This document shows, piece by piece, positions 1 to 10,062 of a stretch of DNA of 64,000 bases. The notes below the pieces were generated by a model. The model saw nothing but the letters and a program-made list of their open reading frames with translations. It did not search any database and was not told where the DNA came from. This DNA is from Chloroflexota bacterium (GTDB taxonomy: Bacteria > Chloroflexota > Dehalococcoidia > GIF9 > UBA5629): positions 19,834 to 83,833 of the forward strand of contig VGOP01000008.1 in assembly GCA_016875875.1 (NCBI GenBank), given 5' to 3'. How positions within the stretch are numbered: position 1 is the first letter of the stretch; each line of letters opens with the position of its first letter. A program made the translations under genes and the position numbers.

Positions 1-111
1 CTCCGCTAGCCACTCCCACCCGGCAACTATAAGCTTGGGGATAAAATCCGAAAATAACCAGCGATTGCAGTCAGGTTATTGGTACCATTTGGCTAATCTT
101 TAAGATTAACT

Positions 112-1047
112 CTATTTTGCCTTTACCAGTTTAGAATATGCCGAAGTGCACCAATGGAGATACTTTGGATTCTTGCCCTTTATTACGTCGAAATATAGGC
201 GCTGTAATTCCTTGGTCACCTTTCCTATTTTCCCATCTCCCACCGGGCGATGGTCAATTTCAATGACCGGGCTGACATGAGCAGCAGTGCCGGTAAAAAA
301 CACCTCATCTGCGGTATAAAGCTCGGTGCGATCTACTGACCTTTCCACAGTTTCTATGCCCAGCTCATTTCGAGCTAGCTGGATTACCGTATCTCTAGTA
401 ACGCCCAATAGGATATTATCGGAGCTTGGTGGTGTTAGCAGCTTATCACCCAGGACAAGGAAGATGTTCTCACCGCTGCCTTCGGAAACATGACCATCGT
501 GGTTAAGCAAAATGGCTTCATCGAAGCCTCGCTCGTTAGCTTCGGTTTTAGCCAGAGCGCTGTTCACGTAGATGCCGGTAATCTTGCCCCTGGCTGGAAT
601 CATGGTATCATCAACACGCCGCCACGAAGAGGTACAGCAGCGAACTCCCTCATCAGCATTGAGATAAGCGGGCAAAGTAGCCACTATGATGAGGAAATCA
701 TCTTCTAAGTCGTGTAATTTGACTCCGATAGCTTCTGAGCTTTTGTAAGCCAAGGGGCGGATATAAACGTCTTCACGGTAGCCGCTCTTTTCCACCAGCT
801 TCACGGTTAATTGGCACATTTCGTCAGCCGAATAAGGAAGGTTTATCTTCAAAATACGACAGCCTTTAAGCATGCGCTCATAATGGTCTTTAACACGAAA
901 CAAAAACAGTTGCTCCTGCTCATCATTCCAGTTGCCGCGAATTCCCTCAAAACAAGCGGTACCATAATGCAGAGCATGGGTTAGAACACCAATTTTGGCT
1001 TCAGCAAGCGGCATAAATTGCTTTCGGAAAAAAGCGTATGGAGGCAT
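112..1047 (-). CDS. ilvE: branched-chain amino acid aminotransferase (class IV fold)
   Basis: 311 aa ORF with the typical IlvE length and N-terminal region (FMP...GVLTHALHYGT..FEGIR). The E..R..G motif region is conserved. Confidence 0.8.
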   Translation of the reverse strand: MPPYAFFRKQFMPLAEAKIGVLTHALHYGTACFEGIRGNWNDEQEQLFLFRVKDHYERMLKGCRILKINLPYSADEMCQLTVKLVEKSGYREDVYIRPLAYKSSEAIGVKLHDLEDDFLIIVATLPAYLNADEGVRCCTSSWRRVDDTMIPARGKITGIYVNSALAKTEANERGFDEAILLNHDGHVSEGSGENIFLVLGDKLLTPPSSDNILLGVTRDTVIQLARNELGIETVERSVDRTELYTADEVFFTGTAAHVSPVIEIDHRPVGDGKIGKVTKELQRLYFDVIKGKNPKYLHWCTSAYSKLVKAK

Positions 1048-1125
1048 CTCTCCCTCCTTTTTCTCTAAATTTCAATACGGGAAAGTCGGGCTCAATTATA
1101 ACCTTGACTGCTGACAAAGACAAGC

Positions 1126-2352
1126 TTAACGGGAAAGCGAAGGGGTCTCTAATATGTAATCACCTTCACGCCTATCGAATATATCTTTAAGCGGCAAGGT
1201 GCGTCCAGTTTGAATTGCGGTAAAGCCGTATTTGTTGCGGATACGGTCAATAGCCTTATCTAAATGAGTCAGCCGCTGCGGCCTGGAATCAAGCAAATGA
1301 AGTTGCTTGCCATAACCGACTAAGTTTGATACTCCAACACCAACAAGTCGCACCAGTTTCCGCTTTCTAGCCAAAGCTTGCTCAAGTAACTTAACTAATC
1401 CAGCAAAGACGACTTCATCAGCATCTGTAGCTTCTTTCGAACTAATGCGGCGGGTGATGGTTTCAAAATCGGCATACCTCAATTTTAAGGTTATAGTTCT
1501 TGCCTGCTTGCCCTCTTGACGCAGTTCAGCGCCGACTCGCTCACAGAGATAACGCAGGACGGCCTTAAGAAAGGCGTGATCCAATGTGTCTTCAGCAAGA
1601 GTAGTTTCTCGGCTAATAGATTTAGCCTCGCCGGGTGGTTCCACCTCGCGGTTATCTATGCCATTGGCATATTGATGAATCATTACTCCAGCAACACCCA
1701 AACTACTCCTGCTTGCTTCAAGTGGCAAAGCTGCCAATTGACCAATAGTCTTTATTCCCATCGCCTTCAACACCTGCTCTGTTTTTTTGCCAACGCCGGG
1801 TAAACTGGCCACAGGCAATGGTGCTAAGAATTCCTTTTCTTGGCCAGTACCCACTTCAACCAAGCCATCCGGCTTACCCGAGTCAGAAGCAATTTTAGCC
1901 ACCACTTTACAACTAGCCACACCCACCGAAGCAATCAGCTTAAGCTCTTTCCTGACACGCTCCTTTATGCGCAATGCCAGTTGATGTGGAGTGCCATAAG
2001 CTTCACAGCCAGTAATATCAAGATAAGCCTCGTCCAGTCCTGCTGGTTCCAAGCAAGGGGAAAAATCAGCCAGAATCGTCATAAATCTTTCCGACGCATC
2101 GCGATAGGTGGGAAAACTACCCTGAAGAAAAATGGCCTGAGGGCAGAGACGATAAGCCTGGGCCAGAGGCATACCAGCCCGAATGTCGAAAACACGGGCT
2201 TCATAAGAAGCTGAGGCTACCACACCACGGCGGTCAGGCCGCCCACCAACTACTACCGGCTTACCGCGCAAGCTCGGAGCCAGCACTTGCTCTACAGACA
2301 CAAAAAAGGCATCCAGGTCAATATGTAAAATGCAGCGATTCACGTTCAACAC
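1126..2352 (-). CDS. dinB: DNA polymerase IV (Y-family translesion polymerase)
   Basis: 408 aa. N-terminal ILHIDLDAFFVSVEQ matches the Y-family catalytic motif (HxDxDxFFxxVE). Palm/finger and little-finger layout is typical. Confidence 0.85.
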   Translation of the reverse strand: MLNVNRCILHIDLDAFFVSVEQVLAPSLRGKPVVVGGRPDRRGVVASASYEARVFDIRAGMPLAQAYRLCPQAIFLQGSFPTYRDASERFMTILADFSPCLEPAGLDEAYLDITGCEAYGTPHQLALRIKERVRKELKLIASVGVASCKVVAKIASDSGKPDGLVEVGTGQEKEFLAPLPVASLPGVGKKTEQVLKAMGIKTIGQLAALPLEASRSSLGVAGVMIHQYANGIDNREVEPPGEAKSISRETTLAEDTLDHAFLKAVLRYLCERVGAELRQEGKQARTITLKLRYADFETITRRISSKEATDADEVVFAGLVKLLEQALARKRKLVRLVGVGVSNLVGYGKQLHLLDSRPQRLTHLDKAIDRIRNKYGFTAIQTGRTLPLKDIFDRREGDYILETPSLSR

Positions 2353-2406
2353 CGATTATAGACTAGAGGCGGAAAGCTGACAAGGAAAACCTCAATATGA
2401 AAAATT

Positions 2407-2430
2407 AGTGCGAGGCTGAAGCCTCGCACT
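2407..2430 (-). terminator. intrinsic terminator downstream of the MarR gene
   Basis: Perfect hairpin agtgcgaggc-tgaa-gcctcgcact, followed on the minus strand by a T-rich run (aatttttcat). Confidence 0.5.
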
Positions 2431-2457
2431 AAAAAGCTAAACTAAGTTTTTCGGGTC

Positions 2458-2940
2458 TCACACAAACTTCGGGGGTGGTAGCTTCTTCGGGTCAATCCCA
2501 AGTTCTTTAAGCCCTTTATTCCTCAACGTTTCCAAGAGGGACTTTAGTTTTTGGCGCTCGGCTTCAGAAAGAGCAGACATTATCTTCTGCACGGACTTCC
2601 TTTTCAGCGCCTGTTTATAAGCTTGCTGTCCTTTCTCAGTCAGGGTAATTCTTACCAAATTCTTTCTGTCCAAGTCTTTGGTTTTCTTCACCAGCCCGGC
2701 CTTTTTCATCCTGTCTATAATTCCAGAAACCGAGTGAGGCCGTCGGAACATCATCCGTGATATCTGGGCCGGCGTCACCTTATCACCGATAGCCTTAATG
2801 ACAAACAGCACCTCAGCCTGTGTGGCTGGAAAGCCATGTTGTTGCAATTCCACTTCCCTGGCATTAAATATTATGTCGCTCACCTGATGCAGCAGCACCC
2901 ACAAATTGTAGTCCCGGTCCATTTCTGAAGCTTCTGGCAT
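2458..2940 (-). CDS. MarR-family winged-helix transcriptional regulator
   Basis: 160 aa. Central wHTH region (TPAQISRMMFRRPHSVSGIIDRMKKAGLVKK...DRKNLVRITLTEKG) is typical of MarR. Confidence 0.75.
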   Translation of the reverse strand: MPEASEMDRDYNLWVLLHQVSDIIFNAREVELQQHGFPATQAEVLFVIKAIGDKVTPAQISRMMFRRPHSVSGIIDRMKKAGLVKKTKDLDRKNLVRITLTEKGQQAYKQALKRKSVQKIMSALSEAERQKLKSLLETLRNKGLKELGIDPKKLPPPKFV

Positions 2941-3037
2941 GATTTCCTCCCTCCTGAAACTAAAAACTCCCTAATTAGCCGATAGGGTTAAACATCGCAC
3001 TCGGCAAATTAGTTCACCAAGGATAAAAAATTTACCT

Positions 3038-3056
3038 GATAGATTGATTCTATCAC
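3038..3056. promoter_or_regulatory. palindromic operator-like site upstream of the MarR gene
   Basis: tgatagattgattctatca is an inverted repeat (tgataga...tctatca) about 100 bp upstream of the minus-strand MarR start. Confidence 0.3.
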
Positions 3057-3084
3057 AACAATCTGCAAAAAACAAAGGCAATCT

Positions 3085-3303
3085 TTAGATAGCGCTGTCA
3101 GTTTTAGCTTTAGCTGGCGACTGGCTTCTCGAGACCAAGGCCTTCATTCGGCGCTCGAAGATTCCCCGCTCCAGAAGAACCTGCCCCTGACACTTAAAGC
3201 ACTTTAGCCGGATATCAGCACCGACCCTCACCACCTGCCATTCATCACCCCCACAAGGGTGCTTTTTCCGTAAGCGGACTACATCGCCCAGCTCTATTTC
3301 CAT
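3085..3303 (-). CDS. small DUF951-like protein with CxxC pairs
   Basis: 72 aa. Carries HPCGG and CFKCQG motifs, the pattern of the small bacterial DUF951 family. It abuts pyrF. Confidence 0.45.
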   Translation of the reverse strand: MEIELGDVVRLRKKHPCGGDEWQVVRVGADIRLKCFKCQGQVLLERGIFERRMKALVSRSQSPAKAKTDSAI

Positions 3304-3307
3304 TCTC

Positions 3308-4114
3308 TTATCGGATAATCTGGCTAACTAACTTATTGATACTATCGCGTAGTTCTTGTGCACTATGTCGGGCAGCTTGAGCAAAGTCTTTTCCTTGAGA
3401 AGCGTAAAGAATTTGCCGCGAGACAGCGATAATCGCTTTTTCGCCATGGGCGTCAATACCATATTTCACCGTTGAAGCCAAATCACCACCCTGTGCCCCA
3501 ATGCCCGGGATGAGAAGTGGCATCTCTGGACACAATTGCCGAATAGATTTCAACTCATCAGGATAAGTAGCCCCGACCACCAAGCCGATATTGCTCTGGA
3601 CATTCCACTCCTTGGCTTTACGGGCTACCGCTTCATATAGCGGCATGCCTTGAATGCCAACTAGATTTTGGAAATCCACTGCCCCGGGGTTAGACGTCCG
3701 GCACAGGATAAAAACCCCTTTATCTTTATACTCGATAAACGGCTCAACTGAATCGAAACCGAGGTAAGGGCTGACCGTAGCTGCATCGAAGCCAAATATT
3801 TCAAAAAGGGCTTTAGCGTAGGCTTTAGCCGTGTTGCCGATATCACCTCGCTTGCCATCGCCGATTATCGGGATATGGTCAGGTATGTGTTCGATTGTCT
3901 TCTGTAGAACTTTAAGCCCGTCAATACCCAGAGCTTCATAGAAAGCTAGGTTGGGCTTATAAGCACATATCAAGTCGGCGGTGGCATCGACGATAGCCTT
4001 ATTAAACTCCAGAAGGCTCACTTTGGGCATCAGCCCTGGGTCGGGGTCAAGCCCAACACAAAGCAGGCTCTTGTTTTGACGGCTAGCCGCCAGAAGTTTA
4101 TCAACAAATTTCAT
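3308..4114 (-). CDS. pyrF: orotidine 5'-phosphate decarboxylase (type 2, long form)
   Basis: 268 aa. N-terminal LCVGLDPDP and PIIGDGKRGDIGNT are hallmark motifs of type-2 OMP decarboxylase. Confidence 0.8.
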   Translation of the reverse strand: MKFVDKLLAASRQNKSLLCVGLDPDPGLMPKVSLLEFNKAIVDATADLICAYKPNLAFYEALGIDGLKVLQKTIEHIPDHIPIIGDGKRGDIGNTAKAYAKALFEIFGFDAATVSPYLGFDSVEPFIEYKDKGVFILCRTSNPGAVDFQNLVGIQGMPLYEAVARKAKEWNVQSNIGLVVGATYPDELKSIRQLCPEMPLLIPGIGAQGGDLASTVKYGIDAHGEKAIIAVSRQILYASQGKDFAQAARHSAQELRDSINKLVSQIIR

Positions 4115-4223
4115 GTCTAACCCGAATTATAGCTTATGAAGGTAAATACTCCAAGTCACGTCACTTTATTTCCGGCGAGGTAGACCGAGACTTCAGCTTC
4201 TAGTAACAAAACGATGTTGTTAA

Positions 4224-4598
4224 CTAGATCAGGAAAAGGTAAATTGTGCAGGCGGCTTGAACAAGCGAGACGAACAGGGTTGCTGTAAGCAGAAACAGAG
4301 ATACTGGCACTTTGAATTCATTTCTGCCCTTCTTGATGAACATGATATGAATTGTGAAGGCAAAAATTCCACCGAGGCTTAGAATGAGTGACAGTGTCAG
4401 GCCGGCGAAGGAGCGCTGGAATACCAGTACCAATCCCCACAGGATGAGAAAGACGAGCGGCAAATGGAGTAACACAAATCCTGCGCTGCCTCCGGGGAGC
4501 TTGAACAGTTCCCATTCTTTCCAGTATGCCGAGTCTATCTCGTGGGTTATTAGCAGCGCTGCATTGACCAGGTAGAGCCAGAACAGAAACTCAAACAT
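4224..4598 (-). CDS. hypothetical small membrane protein
   Basis: 124 aa, strongly hydrophobic with about 4 predicted TM segments. No recognisable motif. Confidence 0.4.
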   Translation of the reverse strand: MFEFLFWLYLVNAALLITHEIDSAYWKEWELFKLPGGSAGFVLLHLPLVFLILWGLVLVFQRSFAGLTLSLILSLGGIFAFTIHIMFIKKGRNEFKVPVSLFLLTATLFVSLVQAACTIYLFLI

Positions 4599-4776
4599 GG
4601 TGCTATGATACTGACTTTATTCGATTAACGCAATGCGTCTCCTGTTTTTCGTAGGAGCCATCTGCCTCCCAGATATCCCCATTTATTTGAAGGTTCCGTC
4701 ACTGCCAAAATAACATAACAATGTGGCTTTCTGTTCAGCTTCAGTGCTACAAGAGGTGATTTCTAGTGAAGCAGCC

Positions 4777-5211
4777 CTAATCTTCCGACATCGCGAGGAC
4801 TGAAATCGCGAGCACAATGACCCAACAAGCCACGGATAAAGTACCAATGCGACGCATTGTAGCGTAAGTCTTGTCAAACTCAGCGGTTCCCACCTGTTGG
4901 AAATAGCGTGGGAAATAACGAAAATGGATGAATAGAGCATCCACAAGGAGTATTGCAACCAAGAGATGCTTCACTCCAAATATGATGGTGTACCCGTATT
5001 CATAATCTAGGGTCAACATCACTCCGCTGAGAATCAGAAGGATAAACCCGCACCAGGTTATGGGCGCAATGCGACGAGCGATGCGCCCGCGGTGCAGTCG
5101 CTGCTCATCTGTCCTTAGACGCAGCATAACCACAGCTGAAACAACTGTTCCACTTAAACCAAGGATAGTGCCAATGTTATGTAGAAGACTCGCGATTTCC
5201 ATTTCAAGCAT
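4777..5211 (-). CDS. hypothetical membrane protein
   Basis: 144 aa with 4 predicted TM helices. Function unknown. Confidence 0.4.
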   Translation of the reverse strand: MLEMEIASLLHNIGTILGLSGTVVSAVVMLRLRTDEQRLHRGRIARRIAPITWCGFILLILSGVMLTLDYEYGYTIIFGVKHLLVAILLVDALFIHFRYFPRYFQQVGTAEFDKTYATMRRIGTLSVACWVIVLAISVLAMSED

Positions 5212-5372
5212 ACATTATAGATACTACATAATCTGGTGTAAAGCTCAGCATTAACAGCAGACTGTGATAGATAATACTCTTATTTTGGCAACCGCTGCTC
5301 TGGGCAAACCGCTTTTATTATTGGTCTTTTCCCTTGGCTAGTTTAACATTGTGACGGATTGTGTAGTTAGCA

Positions 5373-6770
5373 ATGAGAGAAACAAGCATAACCTTGTGCC
5401 CTAAAACACTCCCCAGTGATATAATGAGACTTCAGATGGACTATCGCCAGGCCGAAGACTATATCTTAAGTTTTACTGACTACGAGAAAATCCCGGGCAT
5501 CGCCTACACATCGGCTAACTACGACCTGCGGCGGATGGAAAAGTTGCTGCAGCCGCTGGGCAACCCACACCTCGGAACCAAGACAGTTCACATAGCCGGC
5601 ACCAAGGGGAAGGGAAGCACCGCAGCCATGGTTTCCCAAGCTCTCATCACTGCTGGCTACAAAACAGGATTATTCACCTCACCACATCTCCATACCTTAA
5701 GAGAGCGCATCAGGATTAACGACACTATGATTTCCGAGGCCGATTTCGCGGCTTTGGTGACAAGACTCAAACCAATCGTTGAAAAGGTAAACAAGGAAGC
5801 TGCCTATGGTGAGCTGACCACCTTCGAGATATTGACCGCCGTCGTCTTTGCTTACTTCAAGAACAGCCAGGTGGACTTCCAAGTTCTTGAGGTGGGATTG
5901 GGAGGCAGGCTTGATGCCACGAACATAGCCAAAGTCGATGTCTGCGTTATTACCTCGATTAGCCTTGACCATACCGAGATTCTGGGTGACACTATTGCCA
6001 AGATAGCCACCGAAAAGGCAGGTATAATCAAGCCGGGATGCATTGTGGTCAGTTCTCCACAAGTTGACGAAGCAGCTAAAGTAATTAGGCAGGTCTGCCG
6101 GCAGCAAGGTGCAAGATTAATTCAAGTCGGCAAAGACATCGCCTGGCACAAAACAGGCGGTGACCTATATCAGCAAACACTGACAGTTCAAGGCAAAACC
6201 GGCAATTATGACCTGACCATCCCACTGCTTGGTGACCACCAGTTGGAGAACGCAGCTACAGCCATAGCCGCCTTAGAAGCTTTAGTGTGCCTCGGCGCCA
6301 AGATTTCAGCCCAAAGTATTGTCCAAGGATTCACTAAAGTAAGCTGGCCGGGCAGGCTTCAGATTCTGGGCCGCGAGCCGATGGTGGTCATTGATGGAGC
6401 TCATAATGCCTATTCGATGAGGAAGTTAGTAGAAGCTATAAAGAAGTACTTTCAATGTGATAGGTGCTTTGTTATCTTCGGCACCTCGTGCGATAAAGAT
6501 ATTCCCGGGATGGCACGAGAGCTTAAATCTCTTGCCGACAATGTTATCATTACCATTTCCTCTCATCCCAGGGCAGCTTCTACCTCGATATTGGTCGAGG
6601 AATTTGCCAAGCTGGGCATTAAGGTGGATGTGAGTGAAAATATCTCTAGTGCATTATCTAAGGCTCTGACCTTAGCCAAAAAGACAAACCTCATCCTGGT
6701 TACAGGTTCCCTCTTCGTTGTAGCCGAGGCAATTGATTGCATCACTAGGGCGGCAGATGTCAACCGGTGA
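5373..6770 (+). CDS. folC: bifunctional folylpolyglutamate synthase / dihydrofolate synthase (Mur-ligase family)
   Basis: P-loop HIAGTKGKGST plus the Mur-ligase central and C-terminal domains. The true start may be an internal Met (MRLQMDY...). Confidence 0.8.
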   Translation: MRETSITLCPKTLPSDIMRLQMDYRQAEDYILSFTDYEKIPGIAYTSANYDLRRMEKLLQPLGNPHLGTKTVHIAGTKGKGSTAAMVSQALITAGYKTGLFTSPHLHTLRERIRINDTMISEADFAALVTRLKPIVEKVNKEAAYGELTTFEILTAVVFAYFKNSQVDFQVLEVGLGGRLDATNIAKVDVCVITSISLDHTEILGDTIAKIATEKAGIIKPGCIVVSSPQVDEAAKVIRQVCRQQGARLIQVGKDIAWHKTGGDLYQQTLTVQGKTGNYDLTIPLLGDHQLENAATAIAALEALVCLGAKISAQSIVQGFTKVSWPGRLQILGREPMVVIDGAHNAYSMRKLVEAIKKYFQCDRCFVIFGTSCDKDIPGMARELKSLADNVIITISSHPRAASTSILVEEFAKLGIKVDVSENISSALSKALTLAKKTNLILVTGSLFVVAEAIDCITRAADVNR

Positions 6771-7026
6771 GGTTAGTAGTAGGAGGAGCAACTGCCTCTT
6801 TAGGTAATACTTCGGCGAAAAGCCGCTGTAATGCCATTGTATGGCTGCAAGTCTCCCATTGCGAAAAGAACGGACAGGTGCAATGCCATTTATCACTTTT
6901 ATAAGTTACAGTATAGTTGTTATGCTCACCGCGAAAATCAGCGGAAAATTCTGAAAGGGTAACACGGTCTGGCTCCTGGGCATAGCGTTTGGCCTTCTCA
7001 ACCTTACCGATAAGACTGGAATGCAT
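6760..7026 (-). CDS. SWIM zinc-finger domain protein
   Basis: 88 aa containing CTCPFF...CSH (CxCx(n)CxH, the SWIM signature). It is convergent with folC and overlaps it by 11 nt. Confidence 0.5.
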   Translation of the reverse strand: MHSSLIGKVEKAKRYAQEPDRVTLSEFSADFRGEHNNYTVTYKSDKWHCTCPFFSQWETCSHTMALQRLFAEVLPKEAVAPPTTNLTG

Positions 7027-7286
7027 GGCAAAACCTCCACGAATAAGTATATTACTTGACCAGGGAAAAGTCCACGACCACGCTTTGCTGGCTCTACATC
7101 ATTCCACGTTCTCATTTTCAGAACACTATCAGCAGAACACGATCCAATGCTTCGTGGTACTGCATCCCGGATAGATGTGAGCGTAGCACAGTGCTGGATT
7201 CCGTAGCCCTTCCCACCCTTGCTGGGAGTATGGTATTATCTGGCAGAGAAACCCACGGATAGACACTGCTGGAGTAGGAAAAAGCA

Positions 7287-8027
7287 ATGAGACGTTACTT
7301 AAATTTCATCATTCTTGCCGTCACCCTTATTGCGCTCTCCGCACTGATATATTTTGTTCACTACTTAATTTTTCACGATGTTCATCACATCTTTATTTAC
7401 CTGGTCGGTGATCTGGCTTTCCTACCACTTGAAGTCTTTCTGGTGGTAATTGTGATTGAGCGTGTGCTGGCTCGCCGTGAGAAGCAAGCCATCATGCAAA
7501 AGCTCAATATGGTGGTGGGGGCTTTTTTCAGCGAGGTGGGAAACGAGTTACTGCAAAGGCTTCTCGGTTGCTTTGAGAAAGGCAATGATATCAGCCGGCA
7601 CCTTGCTGTTAGACCAAACTGGACTCGAGCAGATTTCAAGAAGGCGATGGCATTTGCTAGAGCCATCGATGGTGAGCCAGATTGTAGCGGCATAGACCTC
7701 AACGGGCTAAAAAAGTTACTTGTTCAGAAGCGGCAATTTTTGCTGGCGCTGCTGGAAAACCCTAATCTTCTGGAGCATGAGCGCTTTACAGATTTGCTCT
7801 GGGCGACTTTCCACCTGACCGAGGAGTTGGAGGCGCGGAAATCGCTGGATGACATGCCACAGGCTGACATTAAACATATCGCCGGCGATATTCAGCGGGT
7901 GTATCGTCAGCTAATAGTCGAGTGGCTGTCCTATGTGGAACACCTGAAATCAAAGTATCCGTATCTTTTCTCGCTGGTAGCCAGGACACATCCCTTCCAG
8001 GAGCGCCCGTCGCCGGTAGTGACATAG
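7287..8027 (+). CDS. hypothetical membrane-anchored protein
   Basis: 246 aa. Two N-terminal TM helices followed by a soluble helical domain. No recognised motif. Confidence 0.4.
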   Translation: MRRYLNFIILAVTLIALSALIYFVHYLIFHDVHHIFIYLVGDLAFLPLEVFLVVIVIERVLARREKQAIMQKLNMVVGAFFSEVGNELLQRLLGCFEKGNDISRHLAVRPNWTRADFKKAMAFARAIDGEPDCSGIDLNGLKKLLVQKRQFLLALLENPNLLEHERFTDLLWATFHLTEELEARKSLDDMPQADIKHIAGDIQRVYRQLIVEWLSYVEHLKSKYPYLFSLVARTHPFQERPSPVVT

Positions 8028-8379
8028 CGCTAATAAGCATTCAGTTCGTCATACGAGTTTATAAGTTTTAGGCAATTATATACTTGACTTTTTGCTGAGG
8101 TCATGGGCATTTTTTGACGCAGGCTTATTGAATTGGGTAGACTTTTTACTATAGTTATGGCAGTGAGGTTTGAATGCCCAAAAGCAGGAAACTATGGCCG
8201 AGCTGGCTAGACAGGACTAAAATCCGCATCAAGAGGATGCTGGGTATGCACATCGTGCTTTGCGATAGCTGTAAGTGGGACTGGCGAAGTGCCTGCCACC
8301 GTCCAGAACGGCCTAATGCCACCTGGTGCCCAGATTACGAGAAACGGGGCACCTAACTCAACCTCAAAGATAGTTACCG

Positions 8380-8652
8380 CTAGTAGCGGACCATCTTGTA
8401 CTGAGCCTTTCCATGCTCTCGGAATAGAATAAACTTTATGTTCTGCCCCTTTAGCAGATATTCCTCGCTCTGCTGGCGCAGCTTTCTGAAATCGGCTGAT
8501 TCCAAAAAGCTCCGAAGAAGCTCTACTTTGTCTTCAAAGTCACTATCAGTTTTGCCAGCCTGCAAGTAACTGCGCACCAGATTCTCATACTCTTTTCTGG
8601 CTACGGTTTCGATGCAATGAGACAGGTCGGGGATAAGCTCAATCTGGACCAT
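8380..8652 (-). CDS. hypothetical protein
   Basis: 90 aa ORF with coding-like composition. No motif recognised. Confidence 0.3.
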   Translation of the reverse strand: MVQIELIPDLSHCIETVARKEYENLVRSYLQAGKTDSDFEDKVELLRSFLESADFRKLRQQSEEYLLKGQNIKFILFREHGKAQYKMVRY

Positions 8653-8715
8653 TTCTAAGGGTGATAATACTGCTTAAGATATGGAAATGCAAAATAGGCA
8701 ACGGCTACCAATTCT

Positions 8716-10062
8716 TTGACACTGCCAAAGCCCGATGTTATGATGATATTGAATTACCCGGCCAGACATGTGGTTGGGTTGCATATGGAAGACATTAACA
8801 GTCTATATTTAATATTGTTTCTGATCTCCCTATTAGCGGCAGCCTTCTTCTGCAGTGCTGAGACGGCTTTTATTGGCATGCAGAGACTTCGCCTCAAGCA
8901 CTTGATACATACCAATCACCCCAATGCTAAGGTCGTGGCCAAGATTTTGGAGCGGCCGGAGAAGTTCCTGGCTACTGTTCTTCTGGGCATCAATTTCTTT
9001 GAGACGGCGGTGGCTACTCTGGGTACGGTGATGGCTATATCACTGTGGGGTGAGAACTTAGGAGCAGCTATAGCCACTATTGTCATCACAATATTGACCT
9101 TAGTTCTTGTTGAATTTATTCCCAAAAGCTTTAGCGCTCGCTACGGGGAACGAATAGCTCTGCTCTATGCCAGGCCAATAGAATTCATCTCGATTGTCCT
9201 TTATCCATTCGTCTATGTCCTGAACCATATCGGCATAAGATTCACCAAGGTAGCTAAGGAAGGGGGTGCGCCGAGGCCGACGATTAGCGAGGAGGAATTC
9301 CGCACCGCAATTACCGTTGGCGAGGCCGAAGGGGTTTGGGAAGAAGATGAAGCCGAGATGTTGCATAATGCCTTTGAATTCGCCGATAGACCGGTCAGTG
9401 AGGTAATGCAGCCCCGGACAGATGTTACCTGGCTGAAACAGGGAACGAGCCTAACCGCATTTCTTGATATCTATCGCCAATATCCCTTCTCTCGTTTCCC
9501 TGTTTACAAAGGGACTACTGATAATGTGGTGGGCGTTTTATCGATTAAAGATGTGCTGATGGCTCAGGCCAATAACTCGCTAAAGGCGGATAGTCCGATT
9601 GATGAATTGGTTCGACCGGTGCATTTTGTACCCGAGACCAAGCGCCTGGGTGAACTTCTGGCTGAGATGCGGGATAACAACTACCACATGGTAGCAGTTG
9701 TTGACGAGTATGGTGGCGTGGCTGGTATAGCAGCACTGGAGCACTTGACTGCGGAGATAATGGGTGTTATCGGTGACGAGCTGGCAGACAAGGAGAAAGA
9801 CTTTGTAACTATTGATGCCCACACTTTCGAGGTTGATGCCGGCCTCAGGGTGGAGGAAGTCAATGAAGAATTGGATTTAAGCTTGCCTACTGGTGACTAT
9901 GAGACTGTAGCCGGCTTTATTCTGAGCCATCTGGGACGCATTCCAAAACAGGGTGAGCACTTGAGGTATAAAGACCTAAAACTGACTATACTTGAAATGC
10001 GGGGGCGGAAGATAGAGAGGATTCATGTGACCAAGGAAAAGGATGCAGCGCCTGCGCCTTAA
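8716..10062 (+). CDS. HlyC/CorC-family transporter (DUF21-CBS-CorC_HlyC)
   Basis: 448 aa. N-terminal 4-TM DUF21 region, CBS pair in the middle (VMQPRTDV...VYKGTTDNVVGVL...), and C-terminal CorC/HlyC transporter-associated domain. Confidence 0.8.
   Translation: MTLPKPDVMMILNYPARHVVGLHMEDINSLYLILFLISLLAAAFFCSAETAFIGMQRLRLKHLIHTNHPNAKVVAKILERPEKFLATVLLGINFFETAVATLGTVMAISLWGENLGAAIATIVITILTLVLVEFIPKSFSARYGERIALLYARPIEFISIVLYPFVYVLNHIGIRFTKVAKEGGAPRPTISEEEFRTAITVGEAEGVWEEDEAEMLHNAFEFADRPVSEVMQPRTDVTWLKQGTSLTAFLDIYRQYPFSRFPVYKGTTDNVVGVLSIKDVLMAQANNSLKADSPIDELVRPVHFVPETKRLGELLAEMRDNNYHMVAVVDEYGGVAGIAALEHLTAEIMGVIGDELADKEKDFVTIDAHTFEVDAGLRVEEVNEELDLSLPTGDYETVAGFILSHLGRIPKQGEHLRYKDLKLTILEMRGRKIERIHVTKEKDAAPAP

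Noticed and set aside
1082-1094. RNase P RNA P4-like motif ggaaagtcgggctc
   Set aside because: The intergenic space is only 78 bp, far too short for RNase P RNA, so this is a chance match.
1516-2214. Three plus-strand ORFs (95, 65 and 124 aa) overlapping dinB
   Set aside because: Antisense to a confidently identified gene, with no RBS and an odd amino-acid composition.
8174-8356. 60-aa ORF in the 8.03-8.38 kb intergenic region
   Set aside because: No RBS and an Arg/Cys/Trp-rich composition. More likely a promoter or leader region for flanking genes.
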